Shown here: positions 29,249-37,979 of the stretch, piece by piece
Position numbering within the stretch: position 1 is the stretch's first letter
Layout of the letters: the number at the start of each line of letters is the position of its first letter
Assembly: GCA_965215335.1 (NCBI GenBank)
Contig: CBDCDA010000001.1
Location: 384,001-448,000 of the forward strand
DNA: 64,000 bases
Direction: 5' to 3'
Source: an uncultured Candidatus Entotheonella sp.
Lineage (GTDB): Bacteria > Tectomicrobia > Entotheonellia > Entotheonellales > Entotheonellaceae
Made by a program: the position numbers and the translations under genes
The notes under the pieces: generated by a model
Told to the model about the DNA's origin: nothing
Seen by the model: the letters and a program-made list of their open reading frames with translations, nothing else
Database searches by the model: none

Positions 29249-29649
29249 ATATCAGGATTCAAGACCTTGACTGGATGAGGGGGTTCATCATGCCCGATCA
29301 CGACTTCTGGCTCTCCGATGCGCAGTCTGCCCGACCTCGACCCCTGCTGCCCAACAAGGTGCGCGGCGTTCCACGCGTCGATGACCGAAAGGTCATCAGC
29401 GGCATCATGTGGCCGATGCACCGGCCTGCCACGGTCCCCACAAGACCCTCTGCAACCGCTTCGTGCGCTGGAGCAAGGCCGGGGTGTTCGGGCCGCATCG
29501 CACCGCTGCCAGCCTGCTGAAAAAGGGGCTTTTCCGCGTCAGATCGGACGCACCCGAGGCGGCCTCGACTCCAAGCTCCACGCCGTGTGTGACGGCGAGT
29601 GCCACCTGCCTTGCCGCCACGGTCATCTTCTGGTTATGAGTCCCGAGAC
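29249..29649 (+). mobile_element. Internally deleted IS5-family (IS427-like) element
   Basis: Fragments FWLSDAQ...LLPNKVRGVPRVDDRKVISGI, GPHKTLCNRFVRWSKAGVF, IGRTRGGLDSKLHAVCDG and LAATVIFWL* in different frames. Imperfect terminal inverted repeats 29249-29266 / 29632-29649 (12 of 18 matches). Confidence 0.85.
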
Positions 29650-29674
29650 TGACGAGAAAGGACCGATTGAATCG

Positions 29675-30523
29675 TTAAAGGGACAGAGCTTCTGGGGCAA
29701 GGAAGGCGATCCAGTTCTGAACAGTTTCCATATCTCGACGTGCTTCAGTGAGACCGAGCCCATAAGTTTCAGCAAGTAAACGGGCAGCTCCCGACGCTTC
29801 CAGGTCACGGAGCTGTATCACGGTGTTTGTGAAAGGCGCTGCCAGCAGGCAAGCCGATACCCACGCTCGAACCTGGGCGTCAGTCAGATCCGGCGGGATT
29901 AGAAGGGTCTGGATGTCGCGCCACGCGGCCCGCTGCTCGTCGGATGAAGCAATCCTGTCCTCTCTGCCTCGATAGACAAGTTCCAGGTGTCTGGGGTCGC
30001 GAGTCGCCGGCCGCCAGGTGTCGAGCAGGGGCCGGGCATCCGTAACGCTGTGCTCGACTTCAGCATTCAGCTCGGTTACGGATTCCCAACGGCTGAATTC
30101 GTCATCTCCTATTTCTCTTGAAGATCTCATCAGTTCTTGCTGAAAGGCACAAGCATCAAAGTTCCCACCAGCGCGACAAAGGATTTCCAGATTTGGGTGG
30201 GGTGACCAGCCCATAGCGGCAGATGTCAGGTTAGCGGAACCAATAAGGACCACATTATCAATGCGATAGTATTTGGCGTGAAGTGACGGATGGAGCCTGA
30301 ATGAGCCGCCGCGTTCAATAACGAGGGTGCGACATTCGGTGTCGGAAGCACCTACAGCGAGGTCGTGCGGATTCCACCTCGTGACACAGGTCAGGGAGGC
30401 TGCCGGACCAACGTCCATCAGAACCTTGGCGAGAGCGTCAGCCTTGACGTATGGTGCCGCGATAATGAGATGCTGGGCACCCGAACAAAGACTGCTCAAC
30501 ATGTCCCCTGGCCGTTCGCACAT
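29675..30523 (-). CDS. Phospholipase D family (single HKD) putative nuclease
   Basis: IIAAPYVK, LHAKYYRID...IGSANLT...N.E. Starts 2 nt after the MORC stop. Confidence 0.85.
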   Translation of the reverse strand: MCERPGDMLSSLCSGAQHLIIAAPYVKADALAKVLMDVGPAASLTCVTRWNPHDLAVGASDTECRTLVIERGGSFRLHPSLHAKYYRIDNVVLIGSANLTSAAMGWSPHPNLEILCRAGGNFDACAFQQELMRSSREIGDDEFSRWESVTELNAEVEHSVTDARPLLDTWRPATRDPRHLELVYRGREDRIASSDEQRAAWRDIQTLLIPPDLTDAQVRAWVSACLLAAPFTNTVIQLRDLEASGAARLLAETYGLGLTEARRDMETVQNWIAFLAPEALSL

Positions 30524-30525
30524 GC

Positions 30526-32385
30526 CTAACCATCTCTATCACGCAGTTGACTAATGGCCTTGTCTACTTGGCGGCCCCAATTTATGGCGATGTCCTGAAT
30601 ACGTCTTCGCTCTGCATCGGATTCCGTCTGGTCTTCCATCCGAGCCCACGACGACAGCAACAACCTGATGGCGACAATGGACTGGAATGCAGGATCATTC
30701 TCGTCGCCGTTCTCATCGAGTCGGCCTTCAATATGCTTGAGCAAGTCGTAGATCGGGTGCTCAGTATTGAGTTCAATATTGAGAACACCATGTTTTGAGC
30801 GCACTCTGAAAATCTGGGATCCATCAAGTTGGCTCGGATTGAATTGGTACGAAAGTTTTTCTTTTACCAACATCCTTGCAAGCTCTCGCGCTTCCTGCTC
30901 GGTCTGGCCAGATTCAATGAACTCTTCTGTGAGACCTGCCTCCCGCTTTTCGGATGGAATTCGCTCCCGGTCTCTATCTGTCCTGGTTGGAGTCTCAAGA
31001 CCTGCATCCATAGCTTCTCTGTCTGCGTCAGTTGCCGTCTTCACGGCTTTCTTTTCGGGACTTGTCCTTCCGCCCCCAGAGGTGTCCCCTCGCCTCTTCT
31101 GTGTAAACATCTGTTTGATTCGGTTCATCATGGCGCGCGTCTGGTCTCGGATGTCCCCTACTATTTCGTAGACGATATCGGCATCGATGCCCATCTCGTC
31201 CAGTATCGTTTGGTTGGGACGGTCGTCACGAGCAAGCGTCTTTGCTGCCTGCGTGAAGTTCGCAACCATCTGCTTGTTGTGATCCACGCCAAACAAATCA
31301 TCGCAACTGCGGCGAAAACGCACTTCACAGCCCCACCAACGGTTCTGTGGATTCTCAGAACTGCCGCCCTCTCTGAGAAAGGCGTCTTCGAGTACAATCT
31401 CTCTATCCTCCCGGACGACCGATACGCCGATGTTATGCCTGGCGTGCTTGCCACGTTCCTCATGGCCGGGATTCTGCCTGACTGTCTTCGTCTGTAATGC
31501 TTCAGGCTTGACGATTGAATACTGTACTTCAATTGTCACCTCTTTACCGTTTACAGTAGGCGTATACTTCTTTGTCTTGCCCCATTCTTCAAACATTGGT
31601 TTGTTGTCCCAAGGCTCAGGCGTAGACGAAGGATTCATCAAGTAGAGAGGATCGTTTGCGACGATACAGTACTCGCTCTCAATTTCGGCAGGGCGGTCAC
31701 TAAGGAAAAACCCGACTCTTATTCTTGTCATCTCCGCATCAATCCAGTGCCGATGAATCCGGCCGACCTCCCGTGCTGTGTGCCTGAGGATAGTGCTGCC
31801 GGTTCTCCACTGAATTTTGTCCAGTTCGGTCCAGACGACAAGCGTACCTGAGCGATGTTCATATATGCTGTCGCTGCCGGCTTTCCGCCACACCCCAGGT
31901 ATGGGCGTTTCTGAATCGGGAATGGGAACTTCGTGGTTCCCTTGCTCGATGGCATCGGCGTCAATGCTAGAGTGCCACGCCGAATCCAAGCCATCCTGCC
32001 ACGTCCATACATCCACTCTTTTGCATTGGGACATGGATGAGGTGGGGAGGCCCATGCCGTATTTGCCTATCCCCCTATCTGATTCGTGACGTGTTCCCCC
32101 GCCAAACTTGAGCGCGTCAAGCAGAGTCCTCGCATCCATCCCGTCACCGTTGTCCAGAACGGCGACTTCAGAAACTCGCCGTCGGGTCTGTGTTCCTACG
32201 CTCTGGGGCCGTTCCATGCAGAGGAGGTCGATCTGCCCGGCATTTGCCTCTATCGAATTGTCGATGAGTTCGGCAATGGCATAGGCGGTGTTGTGATACC
32301 GACTGTCCCGCAGGGCTCGTATGGTGAAATTGCTCGGAAAGAGACTGCGGTCAGCATTTTTCAGTTCGGCGAGTTCGTCGACCAT
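30526..32385 (-). CDS. MORC/GHKL (HATPase_c_3-type) ATPase
   Basis: ALRDSRY...AIAELIDNSIEA (N box), DNGDGM (G1), GIGKYGMGL (G2), GTLVVW. GGAGGAG RBS before ATG 32385. Confidence 0.9.
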   Translation of the reverse strand: MVDELAELKNADRSLFPSNFTIRALRDSRYHNTAYAIAELIDNSIEANAGQIDLLCMERPQSVGTQTRRRVSEVAVLDNGDGMDARTLLDALKFGGGTRHESDRGIGKYGMGLPTSSMSQCKRVDVWTWQDGLDSAWHSSIDADAIEQGNHEVPIPDSETPIPGVWRKAGSDSIYEHRSGTLVVWTELDKIQWRTGSTILRHTAREVGRIHRHWIDAEMTRIRVGFFLSDRPAEIESEYCIVANDPLYLMNPSSTPEPWDNKPMFEEWGKTKKYTPTVNGKEVTIEVQYSIVKPEALQTKTVRQNPGHEERGKHARHNIGVSVVREDREIVLEDAFLREGGSSENPQNRWWGCEVRFRRSCDDLFGVDHNKQMVANFTQAAKTLARDDRPNQTILDEMGIDADIVYEIVGDIRDQTRAMMNRIKQMFTQKRRGDTSGGGRTSPEKKAVKTATDADREAMDAGLETPTRTDRDRERIPSEKREAGLTEEFIESGQTEQEARELARMLVKEKLSYQFNPSQLDGSQIFRVRSKHGVLNIELNTEHPIYDLLKHIEGRLDENGDENDPAFQSIVAIRLLLSSWARMEDQTESDAERRRIQDIAINWGRQVDKAISQLRDRDG

Positions 32386-33611
32386 AACTCCTCCCAATTT
32401 GTGAAGGCGTCCGTCACGGACCCGAATCCCGGAAGGTTCGTGTCGGCGACGGTGAGTATTTCGGCCTTTGAATTCCCACCGGCTCTGGGGCCACGCATTG
32501 CTCGTCCCGCCATTTGCGAATAGAGCACGAGCGATGTCGTGGGACGAGCGATGATGACGCAACGCGTCTTGGGCGCATCGAAACCGGCGGTGAGCACGCC
32601 ATAATTGAAGATCACCCTATGCTCTCTGCGGTCGCTTCTGAAATCCTTGAGGATGGCTTGACGCTCTTCACTGGAGGTATGCGCGGTCACCACATCCGCT
32701 AAAATACCTTTGGTCCTGAGGCGTTCATTACATTCCAGAGCGCTTTCTACCGATGGGCAGAACGCAATGGTGCGCGGGTGACGTGCAGCGGCGTCCTCGG
32801 CAAGTTCGACGATCCGGCGCGTGCGCTGATCATTGCGGCCCAAATCCTCCAGATCACGGGTGCTGTAATCCACTCCGGGCTGGGGCTCGGCAACGGCGGT
32901 GTCAGACTCGAAGCAGACGGGCACGAAGCGCGGGTCGGCCAGATAGCGGTTCTGGATGAGGTAAGTAACGGGATTGCCATGTCCCCTTGGATCTATTGAC
33001 ACCTTGTTGTGATTGAACATGCCGGCAAGCCTGTAATCCGCATCCGAAAGATTGGCGGTACGTCCCGGCGTGGCTGTAAGACCAAGCAATGGCGGCCTTA
33101 CGCTGCATAACTGCTCGGTCATGAAAGAATATGTTTCTGCAACTGCCTGGTGAGCCTCATCGAAGATGACGGCCGCGACGCAATGCGCAAGATGTGCCAG
33201 CAGAGTGTTGTCCTGGAATGCAACCGAGCGCAATTTGGCAAGACCTGTGACCAAAAACCCGCTTGGCAGGCGACGCAGGTCAAGTGACCGATTACCCCAG
33301 TGTCGATGAATGCAGGCATCTCGCCGCCCCAGAAATGTCCAGGCATGGGAAAGCTGGTCGGCCGCCTGCTCGCACAGCTCCTCTGTGGAAGCCAGCCAGA
33401 TGATCAAGGCGTCATCCGTGTCTTTCTCGTTGAGCAGGTGACAGGTAACGTGGGCTGCGATTCTGGTCTTTCCGGCGCCGGTAGGAAGGTGAGCGACGAC
33501 TCGACGCTCAGGAGATGACAAGGCACGGAGGATGTCGGCCAACACCTGCCGTTGGTAGGGATGCAGCGGATATTTTGGACTGATCGTCTCCCTGGGTGTC
33601 TCAGACGCCAC
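32361..33611 (-). CDS. SF2 DEAD/DEAH-box helicase (ResIII/RadD-like)
   Basis: LHPYQ, LPTGAGKT, FDEAHQ, GLTATPGR, VLTAGFDAP, YSQMAGRAMRG. GTG 33611 after GAGGGG; ATG 33647 is an alternative start. Confidence 0.9.
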   Translation of the reverse strand: MASETPRETISPKYPLHPYQRQVLADILRALSSPERRVVAHLPTGAGKTRIAAHVTCHLLNEKDTDDALIIWLASTEELCEQAADQLSHAWTFLGRRDACIHRHWGNRSLDLRRLPSGFLVTGLAKLRSVAFQDNTLLAHLAHCVAAVIFDEAHQAVAETYSFMTEQLCSVRPPLLGLTATPGRTANLSDADYRLAGMFNHNKVSIDPRGHGNPVTYLIQNRYLADPRFVPVCFESDTAVAEPQPGVDYSTRDLEDLGRNDQRTRRIVELAEDAAARHPRTIAFCPSVESALECNERLRTKGILADVVTAHTSSEERQAILKDFRSDRREHRVIFNYGVLTAGFDAPKTRCVIIARPTTSLVLYSQMAGRAMRGPRAGGNSKAEILTVADTNLPGFGSVTDAFTNWEELWSTNSPN

Positions 33612-34470
33612 AGAGCCCCTCGCACTCGTCGATGAAATGGCCGCCATCTTCTGGACCTTGTGTTTCCCGTTCTGCAATGATACTGGCAAGAGGGCGGCGT
33701 GAGGAATGAAGATACGGACGGCCATCCAGCAACTCCCTCACCGGGTTCTTCCTGCTGCTTCGGAGCCACTGGTCGAACTTCACGGCCTCGTCGTAACTGG
33801 CCGGTTCGGAGCGCTTCAACTCAAGCCAGTGTTCGTCGGACCGATATGGACATATGACGCATGCCGAGCGTGGCAGACGGCGTCCCGGATACGCGGAGGT
33901 AAACCACTCGATGCAGTCCTGGCGCGACATGCGGATGTCCACCAGCGGCCAGCGATGCCTGACCCACGGTTCCCGGCTTGGCTTCATGCGGCCTACTTCA
34001 TCCGATGAGATGCCGAGCCACATCTCGACGTGGGTGTTACTCGGAAAGCGTCGCCCACGTTGTCCGCCGGCGCGTTCTCTGATCTGCCGATAAATGGGTT
34101 TGATCTTGTAGTGGGTCGTGCACTGCCGCCGCAACATCCCTTTCTTGCCATTCTTGTCGACGGTGAAGAAGGGTACATCGACGAAGCGATGCCCCGATAC
34201 CGTGCGTCCCCGTCTCAGGTTTGCCCTCAGATTTCCCTGGGACACACGGATTAATGGGTAGTCAAGCTGTTTTTCCAGCCAGTCCAGATGACGGTACACG
34301 TAGCTGGGTTCCCAGCCGGTGTCGGCGAAAACAGCAGCGTCTGGCCTGGGGTAACCGAATTCGATCAGGCGCGGGTCGGACCTCGACAATAGAAGTGCCA
34401 AGACGGAGCTTTGCGTCCCAGCGCCCAAGCTGAGGACGCGATAGACGACGGTGCTCGCCTCCGTAATCAT
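33601..34470 (-). CDS. PAPS-reductase-like / PP-loop family Cys-rich protein
   Basis: VLSLGAGTQSS (PP-loop variant), FADTGWE, RQCT..YKI.PI, WLGIS.DE..R, WPL, SACVICPY, terminal ECEGLCGV. AAAGGA RBS. Confidence 0.8.
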   Translation of the reverse strand: MITEASTVVYRVLSLGAGTQSSVLALLLSRSDPRLIEFGYPRPDAAVFADTGWEPSYVYRHLDWLEKQLDYPLIRVSQGNLRANLRRGRTVSGHRFVDVPFFTVDKNGKKGMLRRQCTTHYKIKPIYRQIRERAGGQRGRRFPSNTHVEMWLGISSDEVGRMKPSREPWVRHRWPLVDIRMSRQDCIEWFTSAYPGRRLPRSACVICPYRSDEHWLELKRSEPASYDEAVKFDQWLRSSRKNPVRELLDGRPYLHSSRRPLASIIAERETQGPEDGGHFIDECEGLCGV

Positions 34471-34583
34471 CCCAGGGATCCTTTCTTTGCAAGGCCCTTT
34501 ATGATGGGGATGCAACCCACGGCAAGTTTCTGGGCCATCTTTCCCCATGAATCAAAGTGCTGTCCTGGGTCGAGGCCTCGTGA

Positions 34584-34904
34584 TCATTTCATGACGGACC
34601 TGGGTGTCGAGGCAATACGGGTGACCTTGATCTTCTCGCGGTCGAGCATGGCGGGAATCCGGGGCGCGATGGTGTTCTTCCAGTGATCGCTGTCGTAGAC
34701 GGCCTCGTACAGGCGCTTGCGGTCCGCCTCGCTGTCAAAGCGGCGAATCCACACGTACAGATCGTCTTCTTCCTCGCCCACAAAGCTGCCGAGGATGACC
34801 ATGCCCTTGGAGACCTGGAAGGGGATGATCTCGTCTTCCATGAACGATACCCAGGCCTCGCGCTGGCCAGGCTTGGTGTGATACTCACGCAATTCGAGAA
34901 ACAT
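34584..34904 (-). CDS. NIPSNAP family protein
   Basis: ELREYHTKPG...W...M...IIPFQ..KGM...G.F, YVWIRRF. GGAGGAG RBS. Confidence 0.85.
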   Translation of the reverse strand: MFLELREYHTKPGQREAWVSFMEDEIIPFQVSKGMVILGSFVGEEEDDLYVWIRRFDSEADRKRLYEAVYDSDHWKNTIAPRIPAMLDREKIKVTRIASTPRSVMK

Positions 34905-34991
34905 GCGCCTCTCCTCCAAGAAAGGTCGTAGGTATTGGTCTGGGGGAAATGTGTCGATGGGGTGCAAGCATAGGGAGCCCGGGGTTGCGTG

Positions 34992-35633
34992 TCAACCGGC
35001 GAGGGGAGCCTTGCAGGCCATGACGACGTACAGTGGGTCGCCGCCCGGCGGGAAGGGCGGCGAGCAGTCGCGGGCTTCAAGGTCAACGAATCCGCCGGCT
35101 TCCCTGAAGTAGGCGGCGATCAGGTCAGCGTGCTGGTGGTCGTTGAGCCGCCGCCAGACGGCCACTGCTTTGGTGGGGAACATGCGGTTGGAATAGATGA
35201 CGGCGAACAGGCCGCCCGTCCGCAGGACGCGATGCACGTCACGGAACACGGCCACCGGCTGGGTGAGGTACTGGATCGACACGGTGATGACCGCGGCGTC
35301 GAAGCTGGCGTCGCCGAACGGCAGCCGGGGAACGGCGTTGACGTCGTGCACCACGAAGGCGTCCAGTTCCGGGTTGTCGGCCATTTCCTCGGCGTTGAGG
35401 CCGAGGCCGACCAGGCGGCGCCTGGCGAGTTCCGGCGGCCAGTGCGAGCGCCAGCTGCTGAGCAGGTCGAGCACCTCGGCGCCGGGTGGCACGGCGTCGC
35501 GCAGGAAGTCCGCCACGGCCGCGCAGGCAGCCGCGTCGAGGTGCACCACCTTGCGCGGCTCGACGTAGAAGAGGGGGTCCGGGCTGTCGTCCAGGCGGAT
35601 AAAATCGTCCGGCTGGAAGCGGGATGCGTTCAT
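34992..35633 (-). CDS. Class I SAM-dependent methyltransferase (type 11)
   Basis: D..FY..PR.V.HLD, VLDLLSSWRSH, GLGLNAEEM..N, SIQYL, SNRMFPTKA. Confidence 0.88.
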   Translation of the reverse strand: MNASRFQPDDFIRLDDSPDPLFYVEPRKVVHLDAAACAAVADFLRDAVPPGAEVLDLLSSWRSHWPPELARRRLVGLGLNAEEMADNPELDAFVVHDVNAVPRLPFGDASFDAAVITVSIQYLTQPVAVFRDVHRVLRTGGLFAVIYSNRMFPTKAVAVWRRLNDHQHADLIAAYFREAGGFVDLEARDCSPPFPPGGDPLYVVMACKAPLAG

Positions 35634-35646
35634 ACCGGGGCGTCGC

Positions 35647-36606
35647 TCAAAACCAGCGGCTCTTGTCTACGACGTTACGCAGCGGGCGGCCCTCGTTGAA
35701 GCGCTGGCAGTTGTCGAGCAGCAATTCGGTGCGGCGCTCTTGCAGGTAAGGGCCGATGCCGGCGACGTGCGGTGTCAGCAGCACGCCCGGCGTGTTCCAC
35801 AAGGTGTGCTGTGGCGGCAGGGGCTCGGTCTCGAACACGTCGAGACCGGCACCGGCGATTTCGCCGCTGCGCAGGGCGACAACCAATTCGTCGAGCTTCA
35901 CGCAGGCGCCGCGCCCGATATTGACGAGAAAGGCGGATTTGCGCATGGCGCGAAACTCGGCCTTGCCCATCAGGCCCTCGGTCTCGGGGGTGTGCGGCAC
36001 CGTGAGGATGACGAAATCGGCTTGCGGCAGCATCTTGTGCAAGGCGTCGGGACGCCGCAGTTCTTTCATGCTCGGCGGCGCCTCGGGACGGCGGGCGTCG
36101 ACGCCGATGACGGTCATCCCGAAGGCGGCGCAGAGGCGCGCCGTTTCGCTGCCGATGCCACCGACGCCGACGATGAGGACGGTGGCTTCCGGCAGGTGGA
36201 TGACGTCGTGCTCGCCGCGCGGGCGCCATTGCCGCACCAGCTGGTTCGGCAGGTAGTGATGCAGGCCACGTGCGAAGGCCAGGACAAAGGCCATGATATG
36301 GGCGCCGATGTGGTCGTTGTAGATTTCGCGCTGGTTGGTGACCACAACCTCGTTGTCGATGAGCTCCGGGGTGTAATAACCGGCGGGTGGCGCCGCCGCC
36401 GGGGCCTGAATCCAGCGCAGGCGCCTGGCGCGGTTCAACAAATCCGGCGTCACGTCGCCGTATGCCGCGTCAGCGTCGACGATGGCCTCGCGTGCGGCGG
36501 CGGGGCCGTCGAACAGGAGCGCCTCGCAATCAGGCACCACGGTGCGGATTTTCTCCGGCCAGTCTGCCTGTGTGTTGGGCGGCAGGAGAACCATTTTGAA
36601 ACCCAT
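35647..36606 (-). CDS. D-2-hydroxyacid dehydrogenase
   Basis: GVGGIG, NIGRG, GLDVFETEPLP, TPHVAG. Confidence 0.92.
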   Translation of the reverse strand: MGFKMVLLPPNTQADWPEKIRTVVPDCEALLFDGPAAAREAIVDADAAYGDVTPDLLNRARRLRWIQAPAAAPPAGYYTPELIDNEVVVTNQREIYNDHIGAHIMAFVLAFARGLHHYLPNQLVRQWRPRGEHDVIHLPEATVLIVGVGGIGSETARLCAAFGMTVIGVDARRPEAPPSMKELRRPDALHKMLPQADFVILTVPHTPETEGLMGKAEFRAMRKSAFLVNIGRGACVKLDELVVALRSGEIAGAGLDVFETEPLPPQHTLWNTPGVLLTPHVAGIGPYLQERRTELLLDNCQRFNEGRPLRNVVDKSRWF

Positions 36607-36627
36607 GAGCGACTCCCTTTCGTCGGG

Positions 36628-36900
36628 TTAGATGGTGTGCTGGTCACGCAGCCGTCGGATATCCGCGTCGTCGTAGCCCAGGGATTGCAGAATGTCGTCC
36701 GTGTGCGCGCCCAGCGGTGGGGCGGGCGGGCCGACCTCGCCCGGCGTGGCGGACAGGTTGACCGGCAGGCCAACGACCTTGACCGACCCCCCTGCAGGGT
36801 GGCGCTGCTCTGCAACCATGCCGTTGTGGCGCACCTGCGGGTCCGCGAAGCTCGGCGTAATCGTACACTGGCGCGCAGAGCACGTCGTAGGTGCTCAGGT
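36628..36900 (-). pseudogene. CoA-transferase family III (CaiB/BaiF) C-terminal fragment
   Basis: VLCAPVYDYAE/ADPQVRHNGMV...HP..G.VKVVG.PV.LS.TPG...APPLGAHTDDIL..LGY, with a frameshift and no N-terminal part. Confidence 0.75.
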
Positions 36901-37043
36901 AGGCGGGTCATCGGATGGCGTGTTTATACCACAGGTGCCAACAAACGGTCCACGCAGGGGTTGACAGGACGGTAGCGGGGTGTGTAGATGGGGGACGGTG
37001 TTCCAAGGTATCCAGGAATACAGAAGTCGGGAGTGGGGGCGTT

Positions 37044-37823
37044 ATGCGACGATTCGAGGGCAAGGTTGTGGCGGTGACGGGCGGCGCGTCGGGGATCGGC
37101 GAAGCGACCGCGCGGCGTTGTGGCGCCGAGGGCGCTCGGGTGGCGATTGCCGACCGCGATGCCGGGCGTGGCGAGCAGGTGGCGGCGGACTTGCAGGATC
37201 AAGGCATCGAGGCGCTGTTCGTGGCGGCGCAAATGGAACGGGAAGAGGCAGCAACGGACTTCGTGCGGCGCACGGTGGACCGTTTCGGGCGCCTCGACGT
37301 GCTGGTGAACAACGCCGGCATTCGACTGTACCAGACGGTGGTGGAGGCCAGCGCCGAGAGTTGGGAAACGATCCTGGCGGTCAACGTGAAGGGCTACGCC
37401 TTCTGCGCCAAGGCCGCCATTCCGGTGATGCGGCAGAACGGTGGCGGCAGCCTTGTCAACGTGGCGTCGATACGAGCCGTCACCGCTGGCGGCAACATGA
37501 CGCAGTACGACACCAGCAAGGCGGCCGTGGCCGGGCTGACGCGCGGCCTGGCCATGGATCACGCCATGGAGGGCATCCGGGTCAACGCCGTGTGCCCGGG
37601 GCCGATCTTCACGCGCTTCCACGAGAACCGGGCGCAGGAGGCCGGCAAGACACCGGATGCGTTCAAGAAGACCTTCGCGGGCGGCGTCATGCTGCAGCGG
37701 CCGGGCACGCCGGAGGAAGTAGCGGCCTGTATCCTGTTTCTCGCTTCGGACGATGCCTCATTCGTCACCGGCGCCTGCCTGTTCGTCGACGGCGGGCTGA
37801 CCGCAGCGTCGCCAACTCCTTGA
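37044..37823 (+). CDS. SDR family oxidoreductase
   Basis: TGGASGIG, NNAG, YDTSK, VNAVCPG, VDGG. Confidence 0.92.
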   Translation: MRRFEGKVVAVTGGASGIGEATARRCGAEGARVAIADRDAGRGEQVAADLQDQGIEALFVAAQMEREEAATDFVRRTVDRFGRLDVLVNNAGIRLYQTVVEASAESWETILAVNVKGYAFCAKAAIPVMRQNGGGSLVNVASIRAVTAGGNMTQYDTSKAAVAGLTRGLAMDHAMEGIRVNAVCPGPIFTRFHENRAQEAGKTPDAFKKTFAGGVMLQRPGTPEEVAACILFLASDDASFVTGACLFVDGGLTAASPTP

Positions 37824-37979
37824 TTTCAAAGGACGTCACAGATATTACCAACTGGGTTGAGACCGCTTGAAGGTATTCCACACGTTTTGGGGAAAACCAC
37901 TGTAATTTCCCGTCTAAGCGATTGGTGGAAGTGAGGTTGGGCGGAATGATGAACATGTCATCACCACACCACCCCGGCG

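Noticed and set aside
12537..33611. Calling the island DISARM (SNF2 helicase, N6-MTase, PLD and helicase are all present)
   Set aside because: No DUF1998/DrmB gene and no large DrmA-type helicase. The components lie in separate modules divided by IS scars and ABC genes.
29675..34470. Calling the operon a canonical Dnd, Ssp, BREX-4 or Mza system
   Set aside because: No DndB/D/E, SspB/C/E, PglZ/BrxC, Z1, AIPR or methyltransferase gene in the operon, and the PP-loop protein is shorter than DndC with a different signature.
33601..34470. cysH (sulfate assimilation) assignment
   Set aside because: No CysH C-terminal ECGLH motif and no cys genes nearby.
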